NCBI GenBank assembly: GCA_021798115.1
Contig: JAJZYM010000002.1
Location: 14,872-78,871, forward strand
Origin: Pseudomonadota bacterium
GTDB taxonomy: Bacteria; Pseudomonadota; Gammaproteobacteria; JAKAQQ01
Direction: 5' to 3'
Length of the DNA: 64,000 nucleotides
In this document: positions 1 through 8,927 of the stretch, piece by piece
Layout: every line of letters starts with the position of its first letter
Position numbering within the stretch: the first letter of the stretch is position 1
The notes under the pieces: generated by a model
The model's input: only the letters and a program-made list of their open reading frames with translations
What the model was told of the DNA's origin: nothing
Database searches by the model: none
Translations under genes and position numbers: made by a program

Positions 1-439
1 CCTTCTCGAGGAACACACCCGCGGACGCGAGGCCCTTCTGAGCCTTCTCGTCCTGGTCTGGGCGGCCGACACGGCGGCCTACCTCGTCGGCTCCCTCTGG
101 GGCCGCCACCCCTTGGCCCCCCGGGTGAGCCCGCGCAAAACCTGGGAAGGGGCGTTCGGAGGGCTGGGTGCGACCCTTCTTGCCGGGCTCATCCTTCGCC
201 TCGGGGGGGCGCTCGGCCACATCGGCCTTCTTTTCGCCCTCCTTGTGGCCGCCGCCGTCTGGGCCGCAGCGCTCCTCGGCGATCTCGCCGAGAGCCGCCT
301 CAAGCGCCACCGCGGTGTCAAGGATAGCGGGACCCTCATCCCGGGGCACGGGGGCCTCCTCGACCGTATCGACGGACTCATGCTTGCGGCCCCGGTGTTC
401 TACTGTTTCTGGTGCCTCAGGGGAGGCGGGGGATGGTAG
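1..439 (+). CDS. cdsA: Phosphatidate cytidylyltransferase, C-terminal part (5' end outside the window)
   Basis: SPRKTWEG and KDSGTLIPGHGGLLDRID motifs; lies upstream of rseP-bamA. Confidence 0.93.
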   Translation, partial: LLEEHTRGREALLSLLVLVWAADTAAYLVGSLWGRHPLAPRVSPRKTWEGAFGGLGATLLAGLILRLGGALGHIGLLFALLVAAAVWAAALLGDLAESRLKRHRGVKDSGTLIPGHGGLLDRIDGLMLAAPVFYCFWCLRGGGGW

Positions 440-479
440 GCTCAACACGCGGCCGTCGCCTTCTTCGAGGATTGCGGGT

Positions 480-1841
480 GTGATCGTCCTTCTCTCCATT
501 CTGGGCTTCGCTTTGGCCGTGGGGATCATCGTGACCATCCACGAGTTCAGCCATTTCGCCGTCGCGCGTCTTCTCGGAATCAAGGTCGAGCGTTTCTCGA
601 TCGGGTTCGGTCGCCCGCTCTGGCGACGGCGGATGGGAGCGGACGGCTGGGAGCTGGTCGTCGCCGCTGTCCCCCTCGGAGGCTACGTCAAGATGCTCGA
701 CGGCCGTGAGGGCCCCATTCCGCCCGGGCTCGAGCACCGCGCCTTCGACCGCCAGAGCGTCGCCCGCCGCGCCGCGGTGGTGGCGGCGGGCCCGTTGTCC
801 AACTTTGCCCTGGCCGTCTTCCTCCTCTGGATTGTGTTCATGGCGGGGACGGTGGGACTCAAATCGTTCGTAGGCGCGGTGCGACCCGGGACCCCCGCCG
901 CGCGCGCCGGTCTCGTTCGCGGTGACCGCATCCTCGCTGTGGGTTCGACGTCGACGCCCACCTGGAGTCAGCTCAATCTTGCCCTTTTCAATGCCGTCCT
1001 CGTCCGCAAGACCATCCCGCTCAGGGTCCGCAACGGTCGCGGCACTGTCCGAACGCTCCGCCTGACGGTGACCGATCCGCGGGCGCTCACCGCTCCCCAC
1101 GCGCTTCTCGCCGGTCTTGGATTCGCGCCCGCGTACCCCCGTCTCCGCCCCGTGGTGGCTCGGGTCGAACCTGGCTCGCCCGCCGCGCGGGCGGGGCTCC
1201 GTCCCGGTGACCGCATTCTTTCCCTGGACGGGAAACCTGTGCATTCCTGGGCTGCCCTCGTCCGTTTCGTCTCGGCACGGCCGGGCGAGCCCGTCCGTCT
1301 CTCCTACACGACGCCTCGGGGGATCGAGCGCTCGGCGTCCGTCACGCTCGGACAAGCGCGCGTGGCCGGCCGTCCGGTGGGGAGGCTCGGGATTTACGTG
1401 CGCGTTCCCAAGGACTTTGGACGCTCTTTCTTCGAGCGGGTGCGGGCCGGTCCGCTTGCGGCGTTCGGGGGTGCACTTCGCGACACCTGGTCGATCACCA
1501 CCCTGACGTTGCGTGTCCTCGTCGGCATGATCGACGGAACCGCCTCGCTTCGCAACCTGAGCGGCCCGATCCGCATTGCGGACTACGCCGGTCGCTCGCT
1601 GCGCACGGGGATTTTCTCGTTCCTGTCCTTCATCGGTCTGATCAGCATCAGCATCGGCCTCCTCAACATTCTGCCGATTCCTCTTCTGGACGGGGGGCAC
1701 CTGTTGTATTATGCGCTGGAAAGCGTACGGGGGCGCCCGCTTCCCGAGCAAGTGCAAGCGATCGGTCAACGCGTGGGTCTCGCGCTTTTGACCGTGCTTG
1801 TGGGTCTTGCCCTGTACAACGATTTCGTCCATTTCTTCTGA
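480..1841 (+). CDS. rseP: RIP zinc metalloprotease RseP with two PDZ domains
   Basis: HEFSH zinc motif, GGYVKM, NILPIPLLDGG; GTG at 480 with GAGG upstream chosen over the ORF-track start at 168. Confidence 0.95.
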   Translation: MIVLLSILGFALAVGIIVTIHEFSHFAVARLLGIKVERFSIGFGRPLWRRRMGADGWELVVAAVPLGGYVKMLDGREGPIPPGLEHRAFDRQSVARRAAVVAAGPLSNFALAVFLLWIVFMAGTVGLKSFVGAVRPGTPAARAGLVRGDRILAVGSTSTPTWSQLNLALFNAVLVRKTIPLRVRNGRGTVRTLRLTVTDPRALTAPHALLAGLGFAPAYPRLRPVVARVEPGSPAARAGLRPGDRILSLDGKPVHSWAALVRFVSARPGEPVRLSYTTPRGIERSASVTLGQARVAGRPVGRLGIYVRVPKDFGRSFFERVRAGPLAAFGGALRDTWSITTLTLRVLVGMIDGTASLRNLSGPIRIADYAGRSLRTGIFSFLSFIGLISISIGLLNILPIPLLDGGHLLYYALESVRGRPLPEQVQAIGQRVGLALLTVLVGLALYNDFVHFF

Positions 1842-1855
1842 GGAGATTCGAGCCC

Positions 1856-4318
1856 GTGCCATCGGACCCGAGCGGGAAGCGGAGAGGCTTGTCCAGACAA
1901 GGGGTGAGGACGACGTGCGCCGTCGTTCTCATCGTCCTCGGGGGCATGTCGGGCGTCGCGCGGGCCGCCCCGTCCCCGTCGGCAAGTCCCCCCCCGTCGG
2001 CAAGTTCCCCCCCGTCGCGGTTCGTCGTCCGTCACATCGTCATCCGCGGGCTTCAGAAAATTACGCGGGGGACGGTGCTCGACTATCTCCCGATCGAGGT
2101 CGGCTCGCGGGTCGACGCGGCGCGGATCCGTCAAGCCTTGCGCGCCCTTTACCGGACCGGGTTCTTCTCGGACGTGATCCTCCGGCGTGCGGGCCACACC
2201 CTGATCGTCGTGGTGCACGAGCGACCCTCGATCGCGCAGATCAAGTTCCGTGGCAATCACTCGGTCTCGAAGAAGACGCTCGAGCACGTCCTGCGCCGGG
2301 CCGGACTCGTCAAAGGACGCATCTTCAACCGCACGGTGCTCGCGGAGATCGACCACTCTCTCTACGACCAGTACTACAGCCACGGCAAGTACGGGGCGAT
2401 CATCCACCCCCACGTCAAGACGCTCCCCCGAAACCGCGTCGCCATCCTGGTCCGGATCCACGAGGGCAGTCCGGCGCGGGTGCGCACGATCAATTTCGTC
2501 GGCAACAAGCGCTTTCCGAGTTCGACGCTCCGCGGGATGTTCAAGATCTCGACCCCGGGACTCCTCACCTGGATCAACGGGCGCGACCGCTACGTGCGCA
2601 AAAAGCTGTCGACCTCGATCAAACGCGTCCGGGCGTTCTACATGGATCAGGGGTACGCGAACTTCCACTATCGATCCATTGTCGTCGCCCTCTCACCCAC
2701 GAAGCGGGGCGTTTACCTCACGATCAATCTCCACGAGGGGAGTGTCTACCGCGTCGGGCGTGTGTTTCTCAACGGACGTTTCGTCCTGCCGCGGGCCCGC
2801 CTCGAACGCGCCGTCCGCATCCGCCGGGGTCAGATCTACTCCCGGGCCCGCGCCAAAGGCACCGCCGCGCTCCTCAAGGCGATGCTCGAGGACCGCGGCT
2901 ACGCCTTCGCGCACGTCCAGATCATCCCGCAGCTCAACCGCAAATCGCACATCGTCTCGCTCGATTTTTTTCTCGATCCGGGCGAGCGCGTCTACGTCCG
3001 CCGCATCCTCTTCCACGGTATTCACGGGACGGATGAGGTCGTCTATCGACGCGCGATGTTGCAGCTCGAGGGCGCTTGGCTCTCCCCCGAGCTCGTCCGT
3101 CTTTCGAAGTTTCAGCTCAAGCGCATTTCCTTCGTCAAGGCCGTGCACATCCGCACCGTTCCGATTCCGGGCTCCCCGGATCGGGTCGATCTCGTCGTGC
3201 ACATCGTCCAGCGTCGTGAGGGTGACGCCAACGTCTCGCTTGGCTACGCCCAAGGCTACGGATTCATTGTCGGGGGACAGATCGGCATCGGCAACTTCCG
3301 CGACCAGGGTGATCTTCTCTCCCTCAACGCCCAGCGTTCGGTCTACCAGACGAGCTATTCCCTCAACTACACCAACCCGTACTACACGCTCAACGGGGTG
3401 AGCGAGAATCTCTCGTTCTTCTACACCCGAAGCACGAGCTTCGTGAGCTACACGCAAGCCTTCAACACCCGCACGTACGGGCTCACGCTCAACTACGGGT
3501 TCCCCCTCTCGACGTATGCGAACTACACCCTCGGCGCCACCCTGAGCCACACCAACTTTCTCACGAACTGCAGCAGTCCGCCGATTTATTTTGCCTTCGC
3601 CTTGAACCCCAACAACGGATCGACCTACACGGAAGAGGCGCAGTGCTCGAGCCCCGACGGGACGAGCATCAACGTCGCACTCCCGGGGATCACCTACAAC
3701 GATCTCGCGCTCAATCTTGGCTTCAGCTACGACACCCGTAACCGCGTCATCCTGGCCAGCCGGGGAGGGCTCCAGGCTTTCAACGCGAGCGTGGGCGTTC
3801 CGCCGGGGGCCCAGGATTACTACACGCTCACCTACACGTCGACCGACTATCTTCCGCTTTGGGCCGGTTTCACCTACGAGTTCAACGGTGAGGTGGGCGT
3901 GGGCAACGGCTACGGGAAGACCAACGGACTTCCTCCGCTCCTCGACTTCTTTGCCGGCGGACCGTATTCCGTTCGTGGTTACCAGACCGATTCCCTCGGG
4001 CCGAAAACAGTGAACGGCATCCCGGTGGGCGGCGCCATGCTTTTCTACGGGCAGGACGCGATTCTTCTCCCGCAGCTTTTCGGACACAAGTACCCCGGTG
4101 AAGCCCCCGATTATCGGGTCTCGCTCTTCGTCGACGCGGGCAACGTCTTCGCCGAGCCGGGGGATTTCCGGATCAACGATCTGCGCTATTCGGCCGGTAT
4201 CGGTGTCACGTGGCTCACCCCCCTCGGGGCGATTCGCCTGAGTTGGGCGAAGCCGCTCAACCCCAAGCCGCAGGATATACTCAGCTACTTCCAGTTCACA
4301 CTGGCCTCTTATTATTGA
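1856..4318 (+). CDS. bamA: Outer membrane protein assembly factor BamA
   Basis: Signal peptide, five POTRA-like repeats, barrel with VRGY loop-6 motif and C-terminal FQF; synteny. Confidence 0.95.
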   Translation: MPSDPSGKRRGLSRQGVRTTCAVVLIVLGGMSGVARAAPSPSASPPPSASSPPSRFVVRHIVIRGLQKITRGTVLDYLPIEVGSRVDAARIRQALRALYRTGFFSDVILRRAGHTLIVVVHERPSIAQIKFRGNHSVSKKTLEHVLRRAGLVKGRIFNRTVLAEIDHSLYDQYYSHGKYGAIIHPHVKTLPRNRVAILVRIHEGSPARVRTINFVGNKRFPSSTLRGMFKISTPGLLTWINGRDRYVRKKLSTSIKRVRAFYMDQGYANFHYRSIVVALSPTKRGVYLTINLHEGSVYRVGRVFLNGRFVLPRARLERAVRIRRGQIYSRARAKGTAALLKAMLEDRGYAFAHVQIIPQLNRKSHIVSLDFFLDPGERVYVRRILFHGIHGTDEVVYRRAMLQLEGAWLSPELVRLSKFQLKRISFVKAVHIRTVPIPGSPDRVDLVVHIVQRREGDANVSLGYAQGYGFIVGGQIGIGNFRDQGDLLSLNAQRSVYQTSYSLNYTNPYYTLNGVSENLSFFYTRSTSFVSYTQAFNTRTYGLTLNYGFPLSTYANYTLGATLSHTNFLTNCSSPPIYFAFALNPNNGSTYTEEAQCSSPDGTSINVALPGITYNDLALNLGFSYDTRNRVILASRGGLQAFNASVGVPPGAQDYYTLTYTSTDYLPLWAGFTYEFNGEVGVGNGYGKTNGLPPLLDFFAGGPYSVRGYQTDSLGPKTVNGIPVGGAMLFYGQDAILLPQLFGHKYPGEAPDYRVSLFVDAGNVFAEPGDFRINDLRYSAGIGVTWLTPLGAIRLSWAKPLNPKPQDILSYFQFTLASYY

Positions 4319-4329
4319 GACCCCGCCCC

Positions 4330-4902
4330 ATGTTCCGCCTTCCCCCTGCACCCCGTGTCCTTCCTCTCCCGTTTCGGCGCGTCCTCCCGGCCGCCGCGAT
4401 GGCGGCTCTCGCGGGTCTCGCGGTAGGGGTGCCGACGGCGCAGGCCGCTCCTCTCCGAGTGGGCTATGTCAACAGTCTCGTGCTCCTGAAGAAGATGCCG
4501 CAGTCGCTCGCAGCCCGAAAGAGCCTCGAAGACGAGTTCGGCCCGCAGATCGCCCGCATCCACAAAGAGCAAGTGCGTCTCGCGTCGGCCGAAAAAGCTT
4601 ACAAAGCCGAGCGGGCTTCGCTCACGCTTCTCAAGCAGACCGAGGAACGTCAGAAACTCGCTTCTCTCGTCCGCCGCCTCCGGCGTCACCAGCGCGCGTA
4701 CTTTGAGGACCTCGAACTCGCCCGCGATCAGGTTCTCGCGAATCTGCAGCATCTCATGATCCACGCCATCCACGAGTACGCGCGTCTGCACCACTACGAT
4801 CTCGTCGTGGGGCAGGGCGTTTTCTACGCCGGGTCCCGCGTCGACATCACCCGCAAGGTTCTGGCTTACCTGACATCCCTCGATCACAAACCTTCGGGTT
4901 GA
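4330..4902 (+). CDS. skp: OmpH/Skp periplasmic chaperone
   Basis: Signal peptide ending AQA, coiled-coil body, YDLVV and VDITRKVL; between bamA and lpxD. Confidence 0.9.
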   Translation: MFRLPPAPRVLPLPFRRVLPAAAMAALAGLAVGVPTAQAAPLRVGYVNSLVLLKKMPQSLAARKSLEDEFGPQIARIHKEQVRLASAEKAYKAERASLTLLKQTEERQKLASLVRRLRRHQRAYFEDLELARDQVLANLQHLMIHAIHEYARLHHYDLVVGQGVFYAGSRVDITRKVLAYLTSLDHKPSG

Positions 4903-4906
4903 GGAC

Positions 4907-5956
4907 GTGGCCGCGCAACGGTTCTCTGTGACCGCCGGGGAGCTGGCGCGCTTCCTCGGGGCCGAACTCCGGGGCGACGCCGAGGAAACCGTCACGCATG
5001 TCGCCCCGCTCGAGCGGGCGGAGAAGGGCGCGCTCACCTTTGCAGATGCGGCCCACGCCCGCCATCTCCCGTCCACGCGGGCCTCGGTCGTCATTCTCAC
5101 AGAAGCCGACACTGCCCGCTGCGCGTGCACGATGCTCGTCACCGACCGTCCGCTCCTCGCTTACGCCCGCGCGACCGCCCGCCTCCGTCCCGACCCGCCG
5201 GCCGTCCCTGGGGTGCACCCGACGGCGATCGTGCACCCGACGGCCCACCTTGCACCCGACGCCGCCGTCGGCCCGTACTGCATTCTGGAAGAGGGCTGCC
5301 TCGTCGAGGCCGGAGCGGTGCTCGGCCCCCACTGCCGCCTCGGGGCGAGGAGTCGCCTCGGGGCGGGCAGTCGGCTCATCGCCTCGGTCGACGTCGGCGC
5401 GGACGTGACGATCGGCCGGCGGGTCGTGGTTCACCCGGGCGCCGTCCTCGGGGCCGAGGGGTTCGGCTACGCCCACGACGGAACGCGCTGGCACCACATC
5501 GCCCAACTCGGCGGCGTGCGTATCGGCGACGACGTCGAGATCGGGGCCAATACCTGCATCGACCGCGGCGCGATGGAGGACACGGTCGTCGAGGACGGGG
5601 TGAAACTCGACAACCTCATCCAGATCGGGCACAACGTCCGCATCGGCGCCCACACGATCGTGGCGGCTCTCACCGGTGTCGCCGGGAGCACCACAGTCGG
5701 GGGTCACTGCCAGATCGGCGGGATGGTGGGCATCGCCGGCCACGTGCGCGTGGCGGACGGCACGATCCTCGCCGCCCGCAGTTCGGTCACCGGCACGATC
5801 GCCCGCCCCGGCGTCTACTCTTCCGTCCTGCCCGTCGTCGAGGTCCGCCGCTGGCGGCGCCTCGTCGCCCTCATCCACCGCCTCGACCGCCGCCGTGCGG
5901 GCGAGGGATCCGACGATTCCGTTCCCGGAGAACCGCATGACCGCCCCGCCCCCTGA
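4907..5956 (+). CDS. lpxD: UDP-3-O-acyl-glucosamine N-acyltransferase
   Basis: Hexapeptide repeats, GAEGFGY, IGANTCIDRG, KLDNLIQIGHNV. Confidence 0.96.
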   Translation: MAAQRFSVTAGELARFLGAELRGDAEETVTHVAPLERAEKGALTFADAAHARHLPSTRASVVILTEADTARCACTMLVTDRPLLAYARATARLRPDPPAVPGVHPTAIVHPTAHLAPDAAVGPYCILEEGCLVEAGAVLGPHCRLGARSRLGAGSRLIASVDVGADVTIGRRVVVHPGAVLGAEGFGYAHDGTRWHHIAQLGGVRIGDDVEIGANTCIDRGAMEDTVVEDGVKLDNLIQIGHNVRIGAHTIVAALTGVAGSTTVGGHCQIGGMVGIAGHVRVADGTILAARSSVTGTIARPGVYSSVLPVVEVRRWRRLVALIHRLDRRRAGEGSDDSVPGEPHDRPAP

Positions 5957-6404
5957 CGGGTCTCACGACATCCGAGCCCTCATGGGCTATCTTCCCCACC
6001 GTTACCCGTTCCTCCTCGTCGACCGCATCCTCGAATGTCGCGAACAAAAAACGGTGGTGGCTCTCAAAAACGTCACCTACAACGAGTGGTTCTTCCCGGG
6101 GCATTTCCCGGACGATCCCGTCATGCCCGGCGTCCTGATCCTCGAGGCCATGGCTCAGGCGTCCTCGGTCGTGGTCAACGCCATTCTTGGAGGACGAGGC
6201 GAGGAGATCTCCTACTATCTGGCCGGTATCGAGAAAGCCCGCTTTCGCGGGATCGTCCGGCCGGGCGACTCTCTTCGCCTCACCTCGAACCTGATCCGCC
6301 GGGTGCACGACATCTGGAAGTTCGAGGCGACCGCCCACGTCGCCGACGAGCTCGTCGTGGAGGCTGTATTTCTATGCGCGACGAAGACCCCGCTTCCCCG
6401 CTGA
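5937..6404 (+). CDS. fabZ: 3-hydroxyacyl-ACP dehydratase
   Basis: LPHRYPFLLVDRI, GHFP..PVMPGVLILEAMAQ; ATG at 5937. Confidence 0.96.
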   Translation: MTAPPPDGSHDIRALMGYLPHRYPFLLVDRILECREQKTVVALKNVTYNEWFFPGHFPDDPVMPGVLILEAMAQASSVVVNAILGGRGEEISYYLAGIEKARFRGIVRPGDSLRLTSNLIRRVHDIWKFEATAHVADELVVEAVFLCATKTPLPR

Positions 6405-7189
6405 TCGACCCACGGGCGGTCGTGAGCCCCGAGGCCGATCTCGCCGCGGACGTGCGCGTCGGCCCCTTCGCGGTCATCGGCCCGCACGTGCGGATCGGAC
6501 CCGGGAGCGTGATCGGTCCGCACACGGTCGTGTACGGGCCGACCCGGATCGCCGCCCACAACCGCATCTTCCCGTTCTGCTCGATCGGCGACGAGCCCCA
6601 GGACAAGAAGTACCACGGGGAGGAGACCGTCCTCGAAATCGGCGAGCGCAACACGATTCGCGAATACACGACCATCAATCGGGGAACGGTTCAGGGCGGA
6701 GGGGTGACGCGCCTCGGCCACGACAACTGGATCATGGCCTACGTCCACATCGCCCACGACTGCATCCTGGGGGATCACACCATCCTCGCCAACGGCGTTG
6801 CGCTCGCCGGTCACGTCACCGTCGGCGATTGGGTCATCCTGAGCGCCTCGGCCAAGGTCCACCAGTTCTGCCGGCTGGGGAACCACGCCTTCATCGGGCA
6901 CGACTGCGGCCTCGTCCAGGACGTTCCTCCGTACGTCCTGGTCGCCGTGCGCGGGGCGGGCGAAGCGCCGCGCCCCTACGGGATCAACAGCGAAGGTCTC
7001 GAGCGGCGTGGGTTCAGTCCCGCGACGATCGCCCGCCTCAAGGAGGCGTACCGCATCCTCTACCGCAAAAATCTCAGGCTCGAGGAGGCAATTGCGGTCC
7101 TCGAGGAGCAGCGCGCCGACACGCCCGAGATCGGTTGCCTCGTCGAGTTCCTCCGGGGGACCGGCCGGGGTATCGTCCGCGGTCCATGA
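6374..7189 (+). CDS. lpxA: UDP-N-acetylglucosamine acyltransferase
   Basis: PQDKKY, IREYTTINRGT, MAYVHIAHDC, VHQFC; ATG at 6374. Confidence 0.96.
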   Translation: MRDEDPASPLIDPRAVVSPEADLAADVRVGPFAVIGPHVRIGPGSVIGPHTVVYGPTRIAAHNRIFPFCSIGDEPQDKKYHGEETVLEIGERNTIREYTTINRGTVQGGGVTRLGHDNWIMAYVHIAHDCILGDHTILANGVALAGHVTVGDWVILSASAKVHQFCRLGNHAFIGHDCGLVQDVPPYVLVAVRGAGEAPRPYGINSEGLERRGFSPATIARLKEAYRILYRKNLRLEEAIAVLEEQRADTPEIGCLVEFLRGTGRGIVRGP

Positions 7190-8334
7190 CGCGTGCGATC
7201 CTCTCCGCCCTCGAGCCCTCGGCCGATGCTCTCGCGGCCGGTCTTCTGAGCGAGGCGGCGCGGCGGGGCGCGCCCTGGGAGAGCGACGGCGTGGCGGGTC
7301 TTCGTGCCCGCGAGGCTGGATTTTCCGGCGCCTGCGAACCCGAGCGCTACGCGGTGATGGGCCTCACGCAATCGCTGCGGGCGCTTCCGGCCTTCCTCGC
7401 GCTGCGCCGCCGGCTCCTCGCTCTCGCCGAAGAACGCCGGCCCGACGTCTTCGTCGGTATCGACGCCCCCGATTTCCATCTTCCGCTCTCGCGTCGCCTG
7501 CGCGCCCGCAGCATCGCCTGCGTCCAATACGTGAGCCCCACCGTTTGGGCGTGGCGCGAGGGGCGGGTCGCCGACGTCGTGGCGGGCGTCGATCTTGTGC
7601 TCTGTCTTTTCCCCTTTGAACCCGCGTATTACGAAAACCGCGGGGTCACGAGCGTCTTCGTCGGTCACCCGCTCGCCGACCGGCTCGAGGCGGCGGAGGA
7701 CCGCACGCCGCTCCGCGCCGCCCTCGGTTGGCCCGTTGGCATCCCGTACGTCGTCCTCGCCCCCGGGAGCCGCCCGCAGGAGATCCGCCGTCATGCGCCG
7801 CTCTTTCTTGCCGCGGCCGCCGAGGTTCACCGACGCAGCGGCGCGCGTTTCGTGCTCGCCGCGCCTCCGGGCCGCAACACGGACGGGTGGCGCGACGAGG
7901 CCCGGCGCTCGGGTCTTCCGCCCGAGGCCTTCGAGGTGCGCACGGGGACCGCACAGCTCCTCGCCGCCGCGGACGCAGCGCTTCTCAAGTCGGGGACGGT
8001 CACCCTCGAGGCGACGCTCGTCGGTTGTCCCTCCGTCGTCGCCTACCGGACGGGCGGGCTCAACGCCTCCTTCGTTCTCGCGCGGGGCTTCCGCACGCCC
8101 TACATCGCACTCCCGAACATCCTCGCGGGCCGCCCGATCGTGCCCGAGTTTCTCCAAAGCCTCGTCCGGCCCGGGATCCTCGCGGGCGCCTTACTCCCAC
8201 TCCTCCGTCCGGACGTGAACGGGGCTGTCCGCCGCGCACTTCTCGAGGCCGCAAAACCCCTCCGCCGCGACGCCGACGCCCGGGCCTGGGAGGCCATCGA
8301 CGCCCACCTCACCGCCAGGGGCGGGACGCGATGA
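7186..8334 (+). CDS. lpxB: Lipid-A-disaccharide synthase
   Basis: GIDAPDF, YVSPTVWAWR, LAPGSR, KSGTVTLE, LPNILA; ATGA overlap with lpxA. Confidence 0.94.
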   Translation: MTRAILSALEPSADALAAGLLSEAARRGAPWESDGVAGLRAREAGFSGACEPERYAVMGLTQSLRALPAFLALRRRLLALAEERRPDVFVGIDAPDFHLPLSRRLRARSIACVQYVSPTVWAWREGRVADVVAGVDLVLCLFPFEPAYYENRGVTSVFVGHPLADRLEAAEDRTPLRAALGWPVGIPYVVLAPGSRPQEIRRHAPLFLAAAAEVHRRSGARFVLAAPPGRNTDGWRDEARRSGLPPEAFEVRTGTAQLLAAADAALLKSGTVTLEATLVGCPSVVAYRTGGLNASFVLARGFRTPYIALPNILAGRPIVPEFLQSLVRPGILAGALLPLLRPDVNGAVRRALLEAAKPLRRDADARAWEAIDAHLTARGGTR

Positions 8335-8927
8335 GCGGAGGGACTCCCCTGGCTCGGGAGGGCGAGGCCGGTGTCGATGAGGTGGGCCGAGGGGCTCTTG
8401 CCGGACCGGTGGTCGTGGCCGCCGTCGTCCTCGATCCCGACAATGTTCCCGAGGGGCTCAGGGACTCGAAACTCTTGGCCCCCAAACGCCGGGAAGCGCT
8501 CGCGCGCGAGATCCGCCGCCGCGCGCGCGCGTTCGCCGTCGTTGAACTTCCGGCCGCTTTGGTCGATCTCTGGGACATCCGGCGGGCGACGCTCCTCGCC
8601 ATGAGCTGGGTCATCGCCCGCCTCGATCCCCCGCCCACCCGGGTGATCGTCGACGGCCGGGATCGCCCCTACGCACGCCTTCCGCTCGAGGCCCGTGTGG
8701 GGGCCGACCGCACGGTGCCCGCGGTGAGCGCGGCCTCGATCGTGGCGAAAGTGCACCGCGACACCCGCATGGGCGAATACGCACGCCTCTACCCGGGCTA
8801 CGGCTTCGAGCGGCACAAGGGGTACCCGACGGCCGATCACCGGGGGTGTCTCGTCCGCCGCGGTCCGTGCCCGATCCACCGGAGGAGCTACGCGCCCGTC
8901 GTGCGCGCGGGGGAGGGCACCCGGTGA
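8331..8927 (+). CDS. rnhB: Ribonuclease HII
   Basis: GVDEVGRGALAGPV, DSK, AASIVAKVHRD, HKGYPT. Confidence 0.96.
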   Translation: MSGGTPLAREGEAGVDEVGRGALAGPVVVAAVVLDPDNVPEGLRDSKLLAPKRREALAREIRRRARAFAVVELPAALVDLWDIRRATLLAMSWVIARLDPPPTRVIVDGRDRPYARLPLEARVGADRTVPAVSAASIVAKVHRDTRMGEYARLYPGYGFERHKGYPTADHRGCLVRRGPCPIHRRSYAPVVRAGEGTR

